Of a stretch of DNA of 64,000 nucleotides, positions 39,742 through 50,673 are shown piece by piece (positions within the stretch are counted from its first letter, which is position 1; the number at the start of each line of letters is the position of its first letter). The notes under the pieces are model-generated. The model saw nothing but the letters and a program-made list of their open reading frames with translations, was not told the origin of the DNA and made no database searches. Location: NCBI GenBank assembly GCA_030704615.1, contig CM060732.1, forward strand, positions 79,670,001 through 79,734,000, given 5' to 3'. Position numbers and translations under genes: made by a program. This stretch comes from Takakia lepidozioides. Lineage: Eukaryota > Plantae > Bryophyta.

Positions 39742-42700
39742 ATGGATGTAGAGATGACTCGCAGGGAAACTGAAGGAGGTGGAAGTACAAGGAACGTTGA
39801 ACCGGGAGAAGGTCCAGAAACCCTAGAGCAGACAGAAATTCCAGCAGATGTGAGAGGGAAGAGGAAAGCTGCAGAAGGGGATCCAATTTCAAAACCTAAG
39901 AAGGCGCCAGTAAGTTTTCTCTAACTTACATTTCATTGTTGAATATATGCGTAGAGATTGAGTGGAATGTCCCAGAAAGGGATTGTCGCTACCAACCATC
40001 ACCATGAAACAACAGTGATTTGCTTTCTACTCCTCTGTTAAGGGTTTACCGCACAACGAGTGGATGACTGACGGTACCGTCATTCACTGTTGTTCAAATC
40101 ATACAGTCTGTCTGATTGTCTTTCAAGCAGTCCTTCCTCTTCCCTTCTTTAGCAGGAACATGTGATTGAAGTCTACTGAATTGCGAGCGTCGTTAACACC
40201 ATTCGATTCTTCTCATGAGATTTATGTACCTATGTGTTTGAAGAGAGAGTGAGGGTCGACATATTCAGTCATATTGTTTTGCAATGCATTGTCTTTGTTT
40301 GAGGTTGAACAGATAGAGAAGTGGAAAGGCGGTACCGCCAATCAAAGATTTGAAGACTATACTGTAGATTCAGGTAGAGTATCGATTGGAAAGTACTCTC
40401 GACATAGACAAGAAACAATGAATGCTTGCGACGTTCATCACAATGGAGTCAATCTGAATAATCTGCACTTACTGTCCGCCCTAAACTATACTGAATGTCG
40501 TTGCCGCCAATCACTTACACATATATATCATTGCACAACACCGATCCGGCAGGTCCCACTCTTTTGTGATTGTCGTTAACGCCGTTCGCTCTTGCTCAAA
40601 ACCTTTCTGTTCCTGTGTCCCTAGAATCATAGTGTTTTGTTTTGAATTCGGCAGGATCATCTTTGCTTGTGTAGATGGTTCTGAATTTGTTTCACACCAT
40701 TCATTGTGAGTTGAGATGAGACAGAGTGATGGTCGTTACCGCCGTTCACTATTTGCACATTACTCAGTCAGATTTGAATGGTATCGTGCAGAAAACTGTG
40801 AGATCCAAGCCTACAGGATCAGAGGGGAAAGGATCTGGAGATGGGGACGAGTCTGGAAAAAGCTCAGAGAATAATGATGAAGCAGATGAATCTGAAGTGC
40901 ACTACCTTGACAAGGTGAAAGAACTCATGTCATTCCAGAAGGTAAACTCTCAGGAGGTTATGAGGGACATGCTCGTATCTGGAGGGCGTCTGGACATCCC
41001 TCTATGCCGGATGATATCTATGCCTATTGTGCGTCCACCTCTTTCCCATGACATAACAAAATTGGAGAGTGATTTTGTGCATGGATACAGACTTGGTGCA
41101 CAAGTTTTTTATGTGTCACTGACGGATATAAATGGGAAAAGCACATTAGTGTCTCCAGAGATCAGTGATACCTGGGATGAGTGGTGGAAAGATGCTAATG
41201 AGGAGTTCAAGCTGGGCCTCATGATGGGAAAGAACACCCAACAATTCTGCAACCACATGTCCTACATCTGGGACGGCAATCACCGATTGCTGGCATGGAT
41301 GGGATACATTCAGAAACATCATGTGAAAGACAAAGACAAGCATGTTGTTGTGGAGGCAATGGTTTTGGATCCAGGAAACGACATCGTTAGGCTTCTTACA
41401 GCTATGCACTACGTGAACAAGTAAGTCATCCTAGAGACTTCATTCCCTCTGTAGTGTCTTGTTAATCCCAAATAAAACAGTGTTAAGAAATGCAATGTTT
41501 CCAATGTTTTTGCAGATCGACAGAGAAATCGCAAGTGACAACAAGCTTGGTCCACACACTATTCCGAATTCAGAGGATTGGTCTGATGAAGCTGGATGAT
41601 TTTCGGACAGTACTCCCCCCCAATATAATCAAGAAGTGCGAAACAGGAAGAGCTGCAGGCACTTGGTATTATTTGACTCGATAGGCATTTCTGAAGTACA
41701 TGTATGCGGTAGGCCCAAGTCTGTACTCAGTTTACTTTTCGAATACATGTTTGTAGTTCCTTCGGTGCTAATCACTATTTGAATCAATGCAGCAAGAACT
41801 GGCAGAGGCAGCTGAGAAGGGAAAATCCGAATATTATCGCACTACACCAGAGGAACTAAGGACATCAAAGGGTGTGGCAGCAGCAATAAAAAATGAGTTT
41901 GAAATGCGAAGAACCAAATTGATGTCCGCCTTCGGAAAGCAGCTTAGAATAGTAGATCCTGGACTTGGTTCTGAGTTCCTTCAGGAGATCAAATCTCACT
42001 ATGACAAGCATGTGCATCCGGAGATGCAGCAAGAGAAATTGCACCGACTGGCCATATCCATGGTCGACCCACAAACAAAAATAAGGTGGCTGGAGATATG
42101 GAACTCAGATCAGACAGTAAAGGACTTGAATCAGTTCCCAAAGAGCACCATACAGCCTGGCACAAAGGTGGAAGGAATCAGTGATTGGGTATTTGATAAC
42201 TGGCTCCACAAGGCTACATTTTGGAGTCAGGTGTGTATTCAAATAAGCCGTTTTCTTTTCTTCAATTATGTGATGAGTAGCTTATTTGCAATACTGACAA
42301 ATATACAATTTGCAGCTCGAAAAGCGCACCGTCATTGTGCTGGATCAGACTTTGAAGGACTTGAACATTTCGATTGTTTCCCCTCCCCAAATGTCATTGG
42401 AGGCATACATAAGGAAGTGGAGAGGTCTCACCTGGAGATACTGTTTTTTCCGGGAGTTCTCCAAAGATGGTAACATTTTACGGTCCAACGACTTTGACAG
42501 TCAGGTTGGAGGAGAGTGGGTCATGATGCGAGTTGTGTACAGGTGCAATATCATACTGGAAACTCTACTGCACTTTTTGGGAAATAATTTGGCTTCATAA
42601 GGATTGTAATCATAGATCCAAATTGAATGTCGTTGACGACATTCACTTCTTTGTCTGAGTCATTCTTAAGCGAGAATTTGAATTCACCTGGATTAGGAGC

Positions 42701-45700
42701 TTAGGGTGTAGTTATAGTGTCCCTGATTAGAATTGATAATGTCCCTGAATGGCGTTGACGACATTCACATCCAGAGTTGTTAAGAGGTCCTCAGAGTTAT
42801 GTAAGTTTTTGTAATGTCCATAGAGTTTACAGTGAGGGTTCCTCACTCCAGTTTGCTGAATGTCAATGCAGACATTCAGTTGTTCTGCAATGCTTTTGCC
42901 TCTTGCGAGAAATCTTGAGGCTTGATTAGTTGTGTTATCAGAGATCCAAAGTGAATGTCGTTGTCGACATTCACTTCTCTGTCTGTGTCATTCACCAGCG
43001 ACAATTTGAATTTACATGGATTAGGAGCTTAGGGTGTATTTATTGGTTCCTTGTTCGGAATTTTGTGAATGGCGTTGACGCCATTCACCTCCAGTGTTAT
43101 TATGAGGTCCTTAGTGTTATGTACGTTTTGAATGTCCATTGAGTTTTTAGGGAGGGTTCCTTACTCGAGTTTCTGAATGTCGTTGCCGACATTCAGTTTC
43201 CATCCAATGATTTTGCCTCTTTTGAGAAATCATTAGGCTTGATTAGCAGTGTATTCACAAATCCAAAGTGAATGACGTTGACGACATTCACTTCTATGTC
43301 TGTGTCATTCCAAAGCGAGAGTTTGCATTCACGTGGATTAGGATATATTTGCAGTATCATTGAATGGAATTTTTTGAATGGCGTTGACGACATTCACATC
43401 CAGAGCTGTCGCGTGGTTCTGAGAGCTCATTGGAGCAGTTCTCAGAGCCATTTCATTCCATGTTTTTTTCATTCTCTGCTACTTGCATCTTACTCACTTC
43501 GCGCTTTGGTGGGTTGGGATTTATCTCCTGTTTAACAGATACACGAAATATGTGCTTATGGAAGGAAATCACCTGAGCGGTATTCCAGACTATCTTGACA
43601 TGTGGTCGGACCCTGCAAACGATCCAACCATGTATAGTGCAGGGATATTGAAGGATTGGAATCCTTCTCACTTCAGAGACTGTGGCTGGTACCTTGACTA
43701 CCCACCGGAGCACACGACCTTTCAAGAACAGCACATGAAATATTTGAACAATAATGCTGAGATGCTGGCGCCTCTGACTGACGAGCAGTACCAAAGAAAC
43801 ATAGCAACATTGGCTGCCAAGGAGCCTGATGCTCAAGGAACGCCGCAGAAGGGAAAGAAGGCGGGCCGCAAACCAAAAGACAAGGCTCCTGATGTCATAG
43901 CCATCTCACCAGCAAAGCCAAAGGACAAAGACAAGTCCAAAGAGAAGGAAAATGACAAGGGGAAGGAGAAAGAAAGGGAGATGGAGAAGGAAAAGGAGAG
44001 TGGGCAGGACTTCACTGCTGGAAGATATACCCGCACAGTTCAGTGCGTGTTCGATGCCAAGCCACACCCTTCCCGTTCTGATTCGGCAGGAGAGATTAAA
44101 ATTGTCAATGAGGGTTGGCTGGCGATGATGCAGAGTCGAAAGAGAGGATACACTAGGGTGCCTTCGCCTACCTGGGACAACATAATCTCATTCCTCAATC
44201 TGGTGAGAATTCCAGTTTCTTTCCTTTTTCTCTGAAAGTTTCATGGCAGTATTTCAGTCTGGTTCTTTGAAAACATTTTTGCCATCGTTCTTAAAATAAA
44301 CATGTCTGTTGCAGGTGAGCACTGGTCCCACCTTCGTGTGCGGTGTGTAGAAAACATATACGGCTGACATTGTCATTCTCGACATCCCGGATGGCCAGGC
44401 TGTGCCAGAAGTTCTTCCAAAGGGCAAGACGCCAGGCTCGAACAAATTCGAGGACAACTACTGGAGTTGGGTGTTTGAGTTCTGTAATAATTTCCTCTCT
44501 GATGCAGGGACACTTCTGCTTTTTCAGTCATGTGACAAAGATAGTCGTCGGGCATTGGCATCATACCTGAAGTCTTCAGGGTTTGAAGTTTTGCGCACAT
44601 GGAATTGTGTGAACAGCCTCTACCTTGTAAAAGGGGGTTTCCCTGGTCAGCTGGTATGAAGTCTCCATTCTGCTTGTGCTTTCATGATGAGTTTCAATGT
44701 TCTCTGCAGCTCCACTCTAGAAGAATCTGTCATGATCAACACCGATCATCACCGATTCGTGATAAAAATGATTGTTTTATGCCTGAGTTCTGAATAGCCG
44801 ATGTATACACTTCCACTATAGATTGTGTTTACCACACTAACCTGCTATCTTTGGCAGATGATGATGTTCGAGGCGATCTGCCTACGGAGGATTCGCACCT
44901 CAAAGACACCATCCTCCATCCGCAGCTTTGAGATTTCTAACCAGGGTTGTTTCGTCAACCCCCCCTATGAGCCGCATGTCGATGACATTTTGTACAACTT
45001 CATGCAGTCCTGTCAGACTCTGAAGAGACCAGATGGCACTCCCTGGAGAGGTGCAAAGGAAAAATTCCCAGCGTTCATGCAAATACTGCTGGAGTCATGC
45101 AGCCACCACTCTGCACGGGTGGTCGATCTTTCTGTGTCCACAGGTTTGTTCTCTCGCTTCCGAATTGAGTTTCTTTCACCAGTTCCATTTGCTTAAATCC
45201 CCCCACCAAACTGTTCATGTCCTCTTGTATGGTGCAGGAGCAACTTACCATGCATGCAAGGCAGGCGGAAGAAGCCTTTTTGGCATGGAGGGTGATTATG
45301 ACCTCTACAACACAGTGCTCCTCCCCCTTTTTGTCTGGCTCCACTTCAAGCACACAGACTGATCGGATTCAAATTTGAAATGATGACAATCCCGAAGATA
45401 AGCAGGTCGACAACGATTTTTCATGTGAGTAAGTGCTAAACCCACTTTGGGAGCCATACTCAATTTCTCAATAACATCAAAGTTACAATAATAACTTTTC
45501 AGGCTGTCTTTCAGGAAAGGCAGTGGTGGATCTTCAGGAGATACAGTCATTTGTGGCGAGTCTGTTTTCGACAGCCCCCTTTCCAATTTTCTGCTTCCTG
45601 ATTATACTGAAGCAATGGCACTTCACGCGGCCGAGTCCCTATCCCCTGACTTTTTACTGCCCGGCCGTAGGTGTAGCCAGCGGAGATCCGGAGTTCTTAA

Positions 45701-45761
45701 ATACTTAGACTTAGATGCAGAGGAAGTGGGGATACATTGTACTGACTCTGAGTCAGACTGA
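39742..45761 (+). pseudogene. Element B cargo: spliced ParB/Srx-like + beta-class N4/N6 DNA methyltransferase-like gene
   Basis: Exons at about 39742-39909, 40792-41420, 41516-41707, 41793-42230, 42316-42542, 43539-44202, 44316-44653, 44858-45143, 45238-~45335 and ~45510-45761. Motifs IWDGNHRLLAW, DIVILDIPDG and WRGAKEKFPAFMQILLESCSHHSARVVDLSVSTG|ATYHACKAGGRSLFGMEGD. TAG stops at about 41682 and 44349. Confidence 0.8.
42624..43396. repeat. Intronic array of 8 palindromes TGAATGTCGTTGACGACATTCA in ~320-bp trimeric units
   Basis: Copies start at 42624, 42746, 42857, 42952, 43066, 43174, 43269 and 43375. Confidence 0.93.
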
Positions 45762-46494
45762 ACTATGTTCTTTTAATATTCTGTTTCATCCTCTTTGGAA
45801 AACGTTGAATCCCCTTCCTCCACCGTTGTTGTTCCTTTGGAAAGAAAAATAATCAAAGAATCAACTACCATTTATATTGCAATCCATGAATCCATCTCAC
45901 AAACCTCCCTCACTCTTTGTCATATCCATTGTGCTTTCATCTACAGTGTATTCATGCGTGCTCCATTCATGAATGTTTTCCTTTGTTCAACATCCATTGT
46001 ACATTCATCCTCTATACTCTTTAATCCACCCCACAAACCTACCACACTCATGTCATATACGTTGTGCATTCGTCTAAAGTTTTAGTCATGCATCTTCCTG
46101 TCATGAATGTTTTCCATTGCTCAACATCCATTATACATTCATCCATTTGACTCTTATCCATCCCTCATTCATCCATCTACATTCATTTTTCACACTCATC
46201 CATCTGTTTATCATCCAACTGTACATTCATCCATCATTTATTCATCTGTTGCTTTCAGGTGGGAATGACCACTGCCTTTTATTATGTCGTCCAACTTGTT
46301 TCCGCGGTAAAGGGTGCCAATCCGCAGGAATACACTCCACTTCTTCCTGGGCGCGTGGTGACACGGTCTTCAAGTGTGATGACGTGGAGTGAGCCCCGTG
46401 ATGTGGCATTGGTGCAAGGTGACGTGGCGTGAGCGCAGTTGCGCTCACGCGCTCACGTGACCAGGCTCACGCCGAGGCATCCTTGTTGTTCAAG

Positions 46495-48646
46495 ATGTCC
46501 ACAGTTGCGGAGGGAAGTGGAGTTAGTTTGGTCCAAAGAATGCAGCCCGGAGGCGACCTGTAGAAATCTTGGCTCATGTTTGATCATGTGAAACGTGTAA
46601 AGGGTTGGACAACCATGGCTGCCCATGTGTACGATCCTTCTTACCAAAGAGTTATGACAATTGCAGTGTGTGACATGCAATCCGAAGACACTGAGTCTCA
46701 AATCCTAATGTGGAAGTCATTTGTGAAAGTCATGAGAAATCATGGTGTCTCAGATCCAAATGTTCATGGATTTATGGCCGATAGCGCGTAGGCAAATTGG
46801 AATGCAGTCCGTTCTGTTTTTGGAAGTGGTGATCCGAAAATACCCATGATGGGCAGGGAGCGCACTTGCCTGTTCCATTGGACGCAGTCCCTCTGAAGGC
46901 ACACCAAGAATTGCATAAAACCAGAGTTGCAGGAGGAACACATGAGACTCTGCTGGCTGTATAAAGATGCGACAAGCGAGATCGAAGCTAACTCCTTATA
47001 CCAAACTATCAGGGCATGGTGGTACTCCTCCGATGCAGCAAGTCAAGATGGCCTCAAAGAACTTGATGACTGGATGGGATTCTGGCACTTTAGATACAAA
47101 CAATGGGGAGGGTTCATGACAAGAGTAAGGTCCCTTCTTTAAATTCCAAGGCTTCCATGAGTTCAATTTACGGTATTAACCATGTTCACGTGTCTTTTCT
47201 TCAATGCTATTATCTTTTGATCTACAATAATAAAAGGAAAGAATATTGTGTGCAGAATATATCTCTGGAGGACATAGCGGATATGCCTTCATGTAATCTA
47301 TCCGAGACTATGCATAGTGTGTGGAATGCGCAATCCGGCAAGAACAGACGGGACCTGTACGTTGCCACTTCGGATGACATGGTCCGAGCGCTTTCGCAAC
47401 AGACACGGTACCGGGATTTCCTTCGTGGACGAGGTTCTAGTAAGGGGCCAGACAGGGCAGAGTTGCAGTTGAGGGCTGCAAACAGATGTAAGAATCCTGC
47501 TAGAATGGCAAAGTTTGTAAACGAATGCACAATGGGAACACCATTGCAATCTAGACATCCTCATCTGGAAGGTGAGGAGAGATTCGGTCCATGCAAGCGC
47601 AAACTGGACACCCCTCCGGGATCGGACGGTGATTTGCATCGACATGATAGGGATAATTTTTCAGTGCCACGTGTGCCCGTGCCACCGACTTTCGTGCAAT
47701 CAACATCCTTTGTGGGTGAATCTTCCTCGACAGAGTTCATGGAGTCGACAACTACAACTACACGTGAAGAAGGGGCGAACTTGCTGCCCATCCAGGAGTC
47801 TGATTGTGCAGACGCGCAGTGGCACATAGAACGAACTCCGCAAGGCTCGAAGGTGAAATGTTCCGCTATCAGGGCACGTCCTTTGTGAAGTGCACATCTA
47901 TGATTTGTAGAGCCCCAGCAGGGACTCCAGCCCCAACTTTCACAGGGTTATTCAAGCATTATAGTGCACGGGAGGCCAGGCCTCACAAGTTTTGGTTTTG
48001 TCCTGATGACATGAAACGTTGCGTGATGGGAACTGTCTGTGATTTGGTGATAAACAAACCTCAAATCCCAAAAGTTTGGCCAGTCAAGATGGGAACTGCA
48101 CTGTCTACACAGGAAATTGACATGATGGAGGATGCAGGATTTCGGCTCCCAAGAGGACCAACTGTCATGACAGTTAATTCTTCGCATGATTTCCCTTCCC
48201 CATTTCCTGCACGCTCTCCACTTGGCAACGACTGGCCAACAAAAAGAAATGGAAAGGTGGTCCGGCGGGTTGAGGCAGGTGCAGAGCACGAGTGCAAGAT
48301 TGAATCGGCGAAAACCCTTTAATGTCGGATCACCCACGTTGTCGATGTTCCCCCACCAGGCTACGGACGGGTGTATAGTATGGTGACGATGGGATCTGTT
48401 CTTCACAACAGGGCGTACGAGGTAACATTTTCCAATTTCCCAGATTGCACTTGCCCAGACTTCAAAAACACAATCTCCAGTTCTCTGGGAAAGAGAGGAA
48501 AATTTGTGCCATGCAAACATTTGTACTACATGTACATTCAGATGATGTTTTGTGATCCAAAAATAGACACATACATTCACCAATGTACGATGGGGCCTGC
48601 TGATGTTATGACACTACTTGAGCGAGATAGTACTGCACGAGTTTGA
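46495..48646 (+). pseudogene. Element A transposase, 3' half (MULE-type DDE core + SWIM finger)
   Basis: MFDHVKRV (D), GFMADSA*ANW (D), ERTCLFHW (CxxH), PSCNLSETMH (E), Cys-rich FWFCPDDMKRC, and SWIM CTCPDF...CKHLY. Has stops and frameshifts, and one intron at about 47126-47255. Confidence 0.82.
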
Positions 48647-49394
48647 GATGCTCTCAGGCATGACCTTGCAAAGCCTGGGCTGTTTTTCTGTGACGTCCGG
48701 TGGCAGATGACAAAGTCGCCTTTATATGGAAAAAGCTTCAAGCTGTTTCATGCCAGCACTTTCTTCACTCAGAAGCCATCCCCTACCCCACGTCATGATC
48801 AAAATGGATGGTAATGCTTTGTACACTTTCTACACTTTGTGACTTTCCAATTTCAACCGTGATTTCTGAATATACCCCAGTCTTACATGGACCTTCACTA
48901 CTGCCATTGTTTATACGACTTGTATACTGTTTCGAATAAAAGGTACGTGAGGGAAATTCATACAACCTCAAAGCAGTGGAGGATGGCCTGCTTCATTCAA
49001 CATCCTTCAAGTTCTTTCCCCCCAAATGTCGTTGCTCTCATCCATTGCACATTCATTCGTATTTTGACGTCCCTCATTCATCCTACATTCATCCCATATC
49101 CATCCAACATCCATCCAACATTCATCCAACATTCATCCTACATTCATCCATTCGACGGACCCATTCATCCATACGAATTTCCTCTCGCACTACTCTGAAA
49201 TTTTCATGCGTAGTTTGCCCCCTAAACCGTAAACGTCGTCCCCACAGCAATAGGTTCTGCTTTTCCCAAGGCTATAGGATCCGCTTTCATTCTATGCTCA
49301 CGCTTTAGAAATGTGCTCACACTTAACGAAGTCTGCTCACGCTTAGTCCGCTAAGCGTGAGCGCGCTCACGCGCTAGCTTCCCTCGATGAAACT

Positions 49395-49551
49395 GTGTTG
49401 ATGCTTTGCTGCGTGCAACGATTGGCTTAGATTGTATGTGTGCTCTGCAATAGATCATTCCCTGTCAACTTGGCAAAGTTCTATAGCTTATAATCCCCTG
49501 TGCATGACTTAACCCGCAGAGGACGAGAGCATATCCTTGCGTCGGGGTTCT
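49395..49551 (+). repeat. 5' LTR, right portion
   Basis: Matches the 3' LTR from about 56843 to 57000. Confidence 0.92.
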
Positions 49552-49570
49552 TGGTGGAGATTGGGGGCAT
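49552..49570 (+). promoter_or_regulatory. Primer-binding site, tRNA-Ala-like
   Basis: TGGTGGAGATTGGGGGCAT lies directly after the 5' LTR and is complementary to a ...AUCUCCACCA tRNA 3' end. Confidence 0.65.
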
Positions 49571-49754
49571 TTAAATCTAACGGCTTGGGTGTCCTGTTAA
49601 TGATAGGCTAGGTTTGGTGTGGCTATGGTGGAAAGACGGTTGTACGGGAAATCTAGAAAGATGGCAGCGCAATCCACTATGTTCAATCATTTGTCCCTCC
49701 TGGTGTATGTTGTTTCTGCTAATTTTGTGTGTCTTGTGTCTTCCTGCTTTGTGA

Positions 49755-50673
49755 GTGAACACTATGCAAACGGCAACCATGGCTTCCAGTTCGAATGATG
49801 CTGCTTCATTTGTGATTGACGACGATTTGTTTGAAGCTATCTTCCTGAGTGTTGTGCATGATACTGCGTCCCCTGAAGTGCTAAGGCCTTACGAGGGAGA
49901 ACCGCCAGTGAGGGGGGACGCGGAGATTCCACTTGACGTGCCCTCGGCTTACTGGATAGAGAAGTTTGAGCAGACGGCCGTTGATGAAGCGCGCAAGACT
50001 GTGAATTCTGAAGGTGGAAAATGCGAGCGGCGTCGCAAGATTGCTGAAGCTAAGCAGGGTGCGTTTGCTGGCAGACTGCTGCAGAAGCTGCATGCAAAGG
50101 AAATCGCCAAGTGCTTACCTCGGGAGGTCATCCATGAGCGACTTGGACAAGGCGAGCTGCTCACTTGGCCACAGATTGGAGTGCCCAAGTTTGTTGTCAC
50201 ACGAGATCGCACCAACAACCTTGAGAGCTTTCTACACCCAAAGGGTTCCTAGTGGCTGTCGCTTTTGGGAGCTTGTCCGAGGTGGGAGTGCAGCGGCGCT
50301 GACAAACATATGCCCTGCCTGGACTATAGATACTCATGATTTTTCGTGGGAACAATCCATTACTGGCATCCCACAGCACTTATTTCACCTCTCTGCGCGG
50401 GATGTTGTAATTTTTCCTGGCAAAACCTTTGATCAAGATAAGGTTGGGCTCTGTCGAGTCTAGACTCCTATTGACAAGTAACCATTGCACTCCCTGGTAG
50501 TCAAGGAGAGGGTAGTGCGCACGGTGACTCGTGTTGCATTTTGGCTGAAGGTGGCTCAGTCACTCTGGCATCTGCAAGGTGAAGCTGTGTATCTCAGTTA
50601 CAATCATCGTTTCATCTCTTCCTACATCGTCACGGATTGGGAGAAGTGCATGTTGCATCCCAGTGACAGGTGA
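49755..50673 (+). pseudogene. Extra ORF of unknown function upstream of gag
   Basis: Contiguous protein-like ORF pieces (49755-50252, ~50290-50463, 50485-50673) separated by stops or a frameshift. No recognisable motif. Confidence 0.45.

Larger units (their letters stand above)
37106..46485 (-). mobile_element. Mutator-like DNA transposon B (9380 bp), non-autonomous relative of A, inverted, nested in A's transposase
   Basis: 9-bp TSD TTGTTCAAG (37097-37105 and 46486-46494). TIRs CAATGACGCAATGGCGTGAGC vs rc CAAGGATGCCTCGGCGTGAGC. Removing it restores the frame ...KVFLFK|MSTVAEGSGVSLVQRMQPGGD. Confidence 0.92.
28874..49385 (+). mobile_element. Mutator-like (MULE) DNA transposon A, ~11.1 kb without nested element B
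   Basis: 9-bp TSD GATGAAACT (28865-28873 and 49386-49394), present once in the intact 3' LTR. Imperfect TIRs GGGGGATGCTAGTCCGTGAGCG vs rc GAGGGAAGCTAGCGCGTGAGCG. Encodes a DDE transposase with CxxH and SWIM. Confidence 0.9.

Noticed and set aside
29449-45761. Simple inverted segmental duplication
   Set aside because: Similarity is visible only at protein level, and B has its own TIRs and 9-bp TSD, so it is a separate insertion.
47948-48583. 211-aa minus-strand ORF
   Set aside because: Antisense to the SWIM-encoding transposase C-terminus.
28874-49385. Bacterial/phage contamination or prophage (ParB + methylase)
   Set aside because: The genes have conserved GT-AG introns and lie within TIR/TSD-bounded elements nested in an LTR between plant genes.
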